Shown in pieces: positions 31,878 to 35,402 of a stretch of DNA of 35,402 bases; position 1 is the stretch's first letter, and the number at the start of each line of letters is the position of its first letter. The DNA comes from Octopus bimaculoides (taxonomy: Eukaryota). Both the position numbers and the translations under genes were made by a program. The stretch spans positions 18,646,031 through 18,681,432 of the forward strand of contig NC_068989.1 in NCBI RefSeq assembly GCF_001194135.2. The letters are read 5' to 3'. The notes under the pieces are model-generated. The model searched no databases. It was not told the DNA's origin and was given only the letters and a program-made list of their open reading frames with translations.

Positions 31878-33441
31878 TTAGGTTGTCAAGAAAGTTCATG
31901 CGGAATTTTTAATTTTGGTTTTAAATTATGTATTTTCAAATTAATTTTCATTAAATTACTTTGACTTTACATATAATTTTAAAGCCCGTTTTTCGCTCTA
32001 TCTAATTGTGCTACTCTTTTTCTTTTTGAATAATTAGACCATTTTTTCTGGAACGTTGAATAGAACATGGACAAAAAGCAAATTCGCACAATTTTCTTAT
32101 TCCAGTTCAAGCTAGGCCAAAAAGCTGCTGAAACAGCTCACGGTATCAACAATGCGTTTGGTCCAGGAACTACTAATGAACGTACAGTACAATGGTGGTT
32201 CAAGAAATTTCGAAGCGGTAACGAGAGTCTTGATGATGATAAGCGTAGTGGTCGGCCATCGGATGTTGACAACGATCAATTAAGAGCCTTAGCCGAAGTC
32301 AATCCACGCACAACTGTTCGAGAGCTTGCTTCTGAATTAGACGTAACGTATACGGCCATCTCCAACCACTTGAAAGAGATTGGAAAAACAAAAATACTTG
32401 AGAAATGGGTGCCGCACGAATTGAACGACAACCAAAAAAAAAAAAAAAACCCTGTTTTGAAGTGTTGTCTTCCCTTCTTTTACGCAACAAGAACGACCCG
32501 TTTGTCGACCGGATTGTGACTTGCGAGGAAATGTGGNNNNNNNNNNNNNNNNNNNNNNNNNNNNNNNNNNNNNNNNNNNNNNNNNNNNNNNNNNNNNNNN
32601 NNNNNNNNNNNNNNNNNNNNNNNNNNNNNNNNNNNNNNNNNNNNNNNNNNNNNNNNNNNNNNNNNNNNNNNNNNNNNNNNNNNNNNNNNNNNNNNNNNNN
32701 NNNNNNNNNNNNNNNNNNNNNNNNNNNNNNNNNNNNNNNNNNNNNNNNNNNNNNNNNNNNNNNNNNNNNNNNNNNNNNNNNNNNNNNNNNNNNNNNNNNN
32801 NNNNNNNNNNNNNNNNNNNNNNNNNNNNNNNNNNNNNNNNNNNNNNNNNNNNNNNNNNNNNNNNNNNNNNNNNNNNNNNNNNNNNNNNNNNNNNNNNNNN
32901 NNNNNNNNNNNNNNNNNNNNNNNNNNNNNNNNNNNNNNNNNNNNNNNNNNNNNNNNNNNNNNNNNNNNACCATTACGGCGGCGAAGTAATGTCAACAAAT
33001 GAATGAAATACATAAGAAACTCCGACAACAGCCAACATTGGTTAATAGAAAAGGACCAATTCTTCTCCACGACAACGCTCGGCCGCACGTCGCACAACTG
33101 ACCCTGCAGAAGTTGAACGAATTGGGCTACAAAACTCTACCTCATTCGCCATACTCACCAGACCTCTCGCCTACCGACTACCACTTTTTCAAGCATCTCG
33201 ACAACTACCTGCATGAGAAATGCTTCAAAAAACAAGACGATGCCAAACACGCCTTCAACGACTTCATCATCACCAGGACATAGGATTTTTACGCTACTGG
33301 CATAAATAAATTTGTTCCGTGTTGGCAAAAGTGTGTTCATTCTGATGGTCTTTATTTCGATTAATAAAGTTTTGTTTGAGCCGAGATATATGCATCTGAA
33401 TTTAAAGGTTAAAAACCGCAAGAACTTTCGTGACAACCTAA
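31878..33441 (+). mobile_element. Mariner transposon, cecropia/Hsmar1-like, full-length but inactivated, in the TMEM229B intron
   Basis: TIRs TTAGGTTGTCA(A/C)GAAAGTTC(A/T)TGCGG with TA on both sides (31876-77, 33442-43). Transposase 32067-33364 contains WVPHEL, HDNARPH and YSPDLSPTDY (D34D). Frameshift at the poly-A near 32440, first catalytic D changed to E (VTCEE), and an internal TAG at 33281. Confidence 0.95.
32537..32968. other. Assembly gap (N run) inside the mariner transposase
   Basis: Run of N; only about 160 nt of transposase is missing by homology, so the gap size is probably overestimated. Confidence 1.
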
Positions 33442-33660
33442 TAGTATTTTAACAAAGTAGTCTGTCCGATTCTGAACATTTTCTAACGGTGGCATCCGGG
33501 TTGTAGCAAAGATGGTTATGTCACATTGAGGAGACGCTTGAAATTTCAATGCGGTGGGGTCTTGCATACGTTATGCTGTGAGTTGGAAAGCTTTGCTCAA
33601 CCGAAAATATCCGACCAATTAATAGAAGAAAATTAACTCAATTTACGGGTGTTTAATACA

Positions 33661-33696
<36 letters not shown>

Positions 33697-33737
33697 TAAC
33701 TGAGGATGTGTGTGTGGGTGTGTGGGTGGGTGTGTGG

Positions 33738-33769
<32 letters not shown>

Positions 33770-33980
33770 GTGTGTGTAAACCTGCAGAACTTCTGAAGTT
33801 TGCAACTGATTTTATCCAAAATGGGAGCATACATTACTTATGTTCCAAAGATTGTTTTAGACTCTTAAAATTTTTCACATAATGAGTAATGGGACCCCTG
33901 GGGGAAGAAATCCCTCTCTTCTAGGGTACGTACGACTGCCTACATGGTTCACGCATTGCTTCTGTTCAAACTTTAAAAAA

Positions 33981-34147
33981 ACAGCTAATGAAATTATATA
34001 AGTAGGTTGTATTAAATGGATGAACCGATGTAAACTTCAGACTGAGTTGTCTCAGTGGTAGCAATGATAGCCTGTTCCCGCAGTACCATAGATATCAATT
34101 TGTTAGAATAAAAACTGTTTGGAACGCATTATGTTTATTATGAAAAA
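33981..34147 (+). repeat. 167-bp direct repeat, copy 2
   Basis: Matches 30235-30401 at 161/167 positions. Confidence 0.95.
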
Positions 34148-34415
34148 TATGCTGAAATGTGTTAAATCCTGATCAACTATTCAACTATTTTCTTTTAGCT
34201 TCAGTATCAAAGTCTTACTTCTAAGCATAGACGAATCCCATACAAATATTTTTCAGCTATTGATTACAAACCGAAATATCGTATGTACATTAACTTACTA
34301 ATTTATAGAGCCTAAGACCCAACCACGTTAGTTAAAATCTGTGTCCTTAATGTGACCTTGTGTACATCGACGCTGCATGCAGAATTGTTTTCGTTTGGAG
34401 TTGAGTTGTCCTTAC

Positions 34416-34556
34416 GATGGTCGCACGCTGTTTACGCGAAGGAGTGCGCGGTTGAGCGACGACTATTGATTCCAAACCGAAATATCGCATGACAGTGTTG
34501 CTTTCAAGCGCTTCCTTTTTTGGGTGAACCACGCTAATAGCGTCTCTCCTCTCCAT
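34416..34556 (-). CDS. TMEM229B: Probable first coding exon of the TMEM229B-like gene (47 aa)
   Basis: ATG at 34556, open frame MERRDAISVV...RKQRATI, then an ATC/GTAAGG donor in phase 0 matching the acceptor at 31643; CpG-rich context. No homology support for this segment. Confidence 0.55.
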
Positions 34557-35126
34557 TCATATAAATCTTCGTTTTCAAGACAGCAGGATGTCATACAAGG
34601 GCAATTTGACTGATATTTCTAGTAGACTGGTCGAACTGACACGAATTGACATGCTATTAAGGAAGAGGACAGGCTTATTGTTTGGAGATAAAAGGATAAC
34701 CGAGGACGCCTGTTCCTACCTCAATAGGTGCCATCAGCACGACAATTGTCCAACCTTATCTCCGCTCATATGTTCACAGCTGTCCTCTTATCTTCAAACA
34801 ATACACCTGTCCTTTAGATTAATATTATGTCAGCTTTGGTTTATTCTTGACTCTTTAGATTATCTCCCCTTCCCATATGGAGCTAATTTTAATTGTCATT
34901 CGGCAATTATGGCACATCCTCTAATGATTGAGATAATTTTAATAAATCAAGAATTTATGTTGCATCGTATTTGATATACATGTATTTGTCTATTTTGTTG
35001 AAACATATGCCACTGGCAACTGTGAGTTATTTCTCTGTGTTTATTTTTTGTTTATGTGTGTACGTGTATATATGTGTGACTATGTTTGTATATATGAATG
35101 TATGTATGTATGTTTGTATGTATGTG

Positions 35127-35164
<38 letters not shown>

Positions 35165-35402
35165 TCTGTGTAAACGCTGCGAGATGGAAGAATCGTCAAC
35201 ACGCCGGAGCAAAATGTTTAACGGTGTTTTGTGAGCTGACTTTCAGGTGTTTTAACATCCGGTGCTTTGAGAGAGTCATCTCCAACGCCTTAAATCGTAG
35301 CCCAACGACGAACATTGTGTATGTTTGTTTTTGTTCGATATTGTTTACAACGCTTGAGTTACTTCTAATTCATATTTGAATATATATATATATATATATA
35401 TA

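Noticed and set aside
10970-33097. Long ORFs containing X runs (around 11000, 12100, 14800, 23350, 32300-33100)
   Set aside because: Artefacts of translating N gaps and flanking (AT)n/(CA)n tracts.
34588-34974. 128-aa plus-strand ORF
   Set aside because: No recognisable motif or coding-like composition; lies in the presumed TMEM229B upstream region.

Overview
Eukaryotic, AT-rich, repeat-dense genomic DNA. It is inferred to be an octopus (coleoid cephalopod) scaffold from its SINE families, microsatellites and N-gaps; the species cannot be confirmed from sequence alone. Two host genes lie on the minus strand. The first is a complete 10-exon uroporphyrinogen decarboxylase (UROD) gene, CDS 612-20132, 365 aa, with all GT-AG junctions in consistent phase and the catalytic motifs intact. 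The second is a TMEM229B-like gene with its main exon at 31131-31643 and a probable first coding exon at 34416-34556. The remainder is mostly transposon relics: several SINE families, an RT/RNaseH-deleted Ty3/Gypsy element in UROD intron 1, two inverted solo-LTR-like elements, Hsmar1-like and irritans-like mariners, a Helitron helicase fragment, Helentron-type non-autonomous elements, MITEs and a CR1/L2 fragment. Most ORFs in the supplied track are spurious (microsatellite, SINE or N-gap). I found no convincing novel multi-gene system. The best leads are small: a hammerhead-ribozyme-like motif joined to a highly structured repeat whose two copies flank the UROD first exon, a six-copy AP-1 array born from a SINE in UROD intron 3, an in-frame upstream AUG that could add a presequence-like extension to UROD, an orphan NRF1/E2F/YY1 promoter-like cluster, and 167-bp direct repeats bracketing the TMEM229 coding exon.
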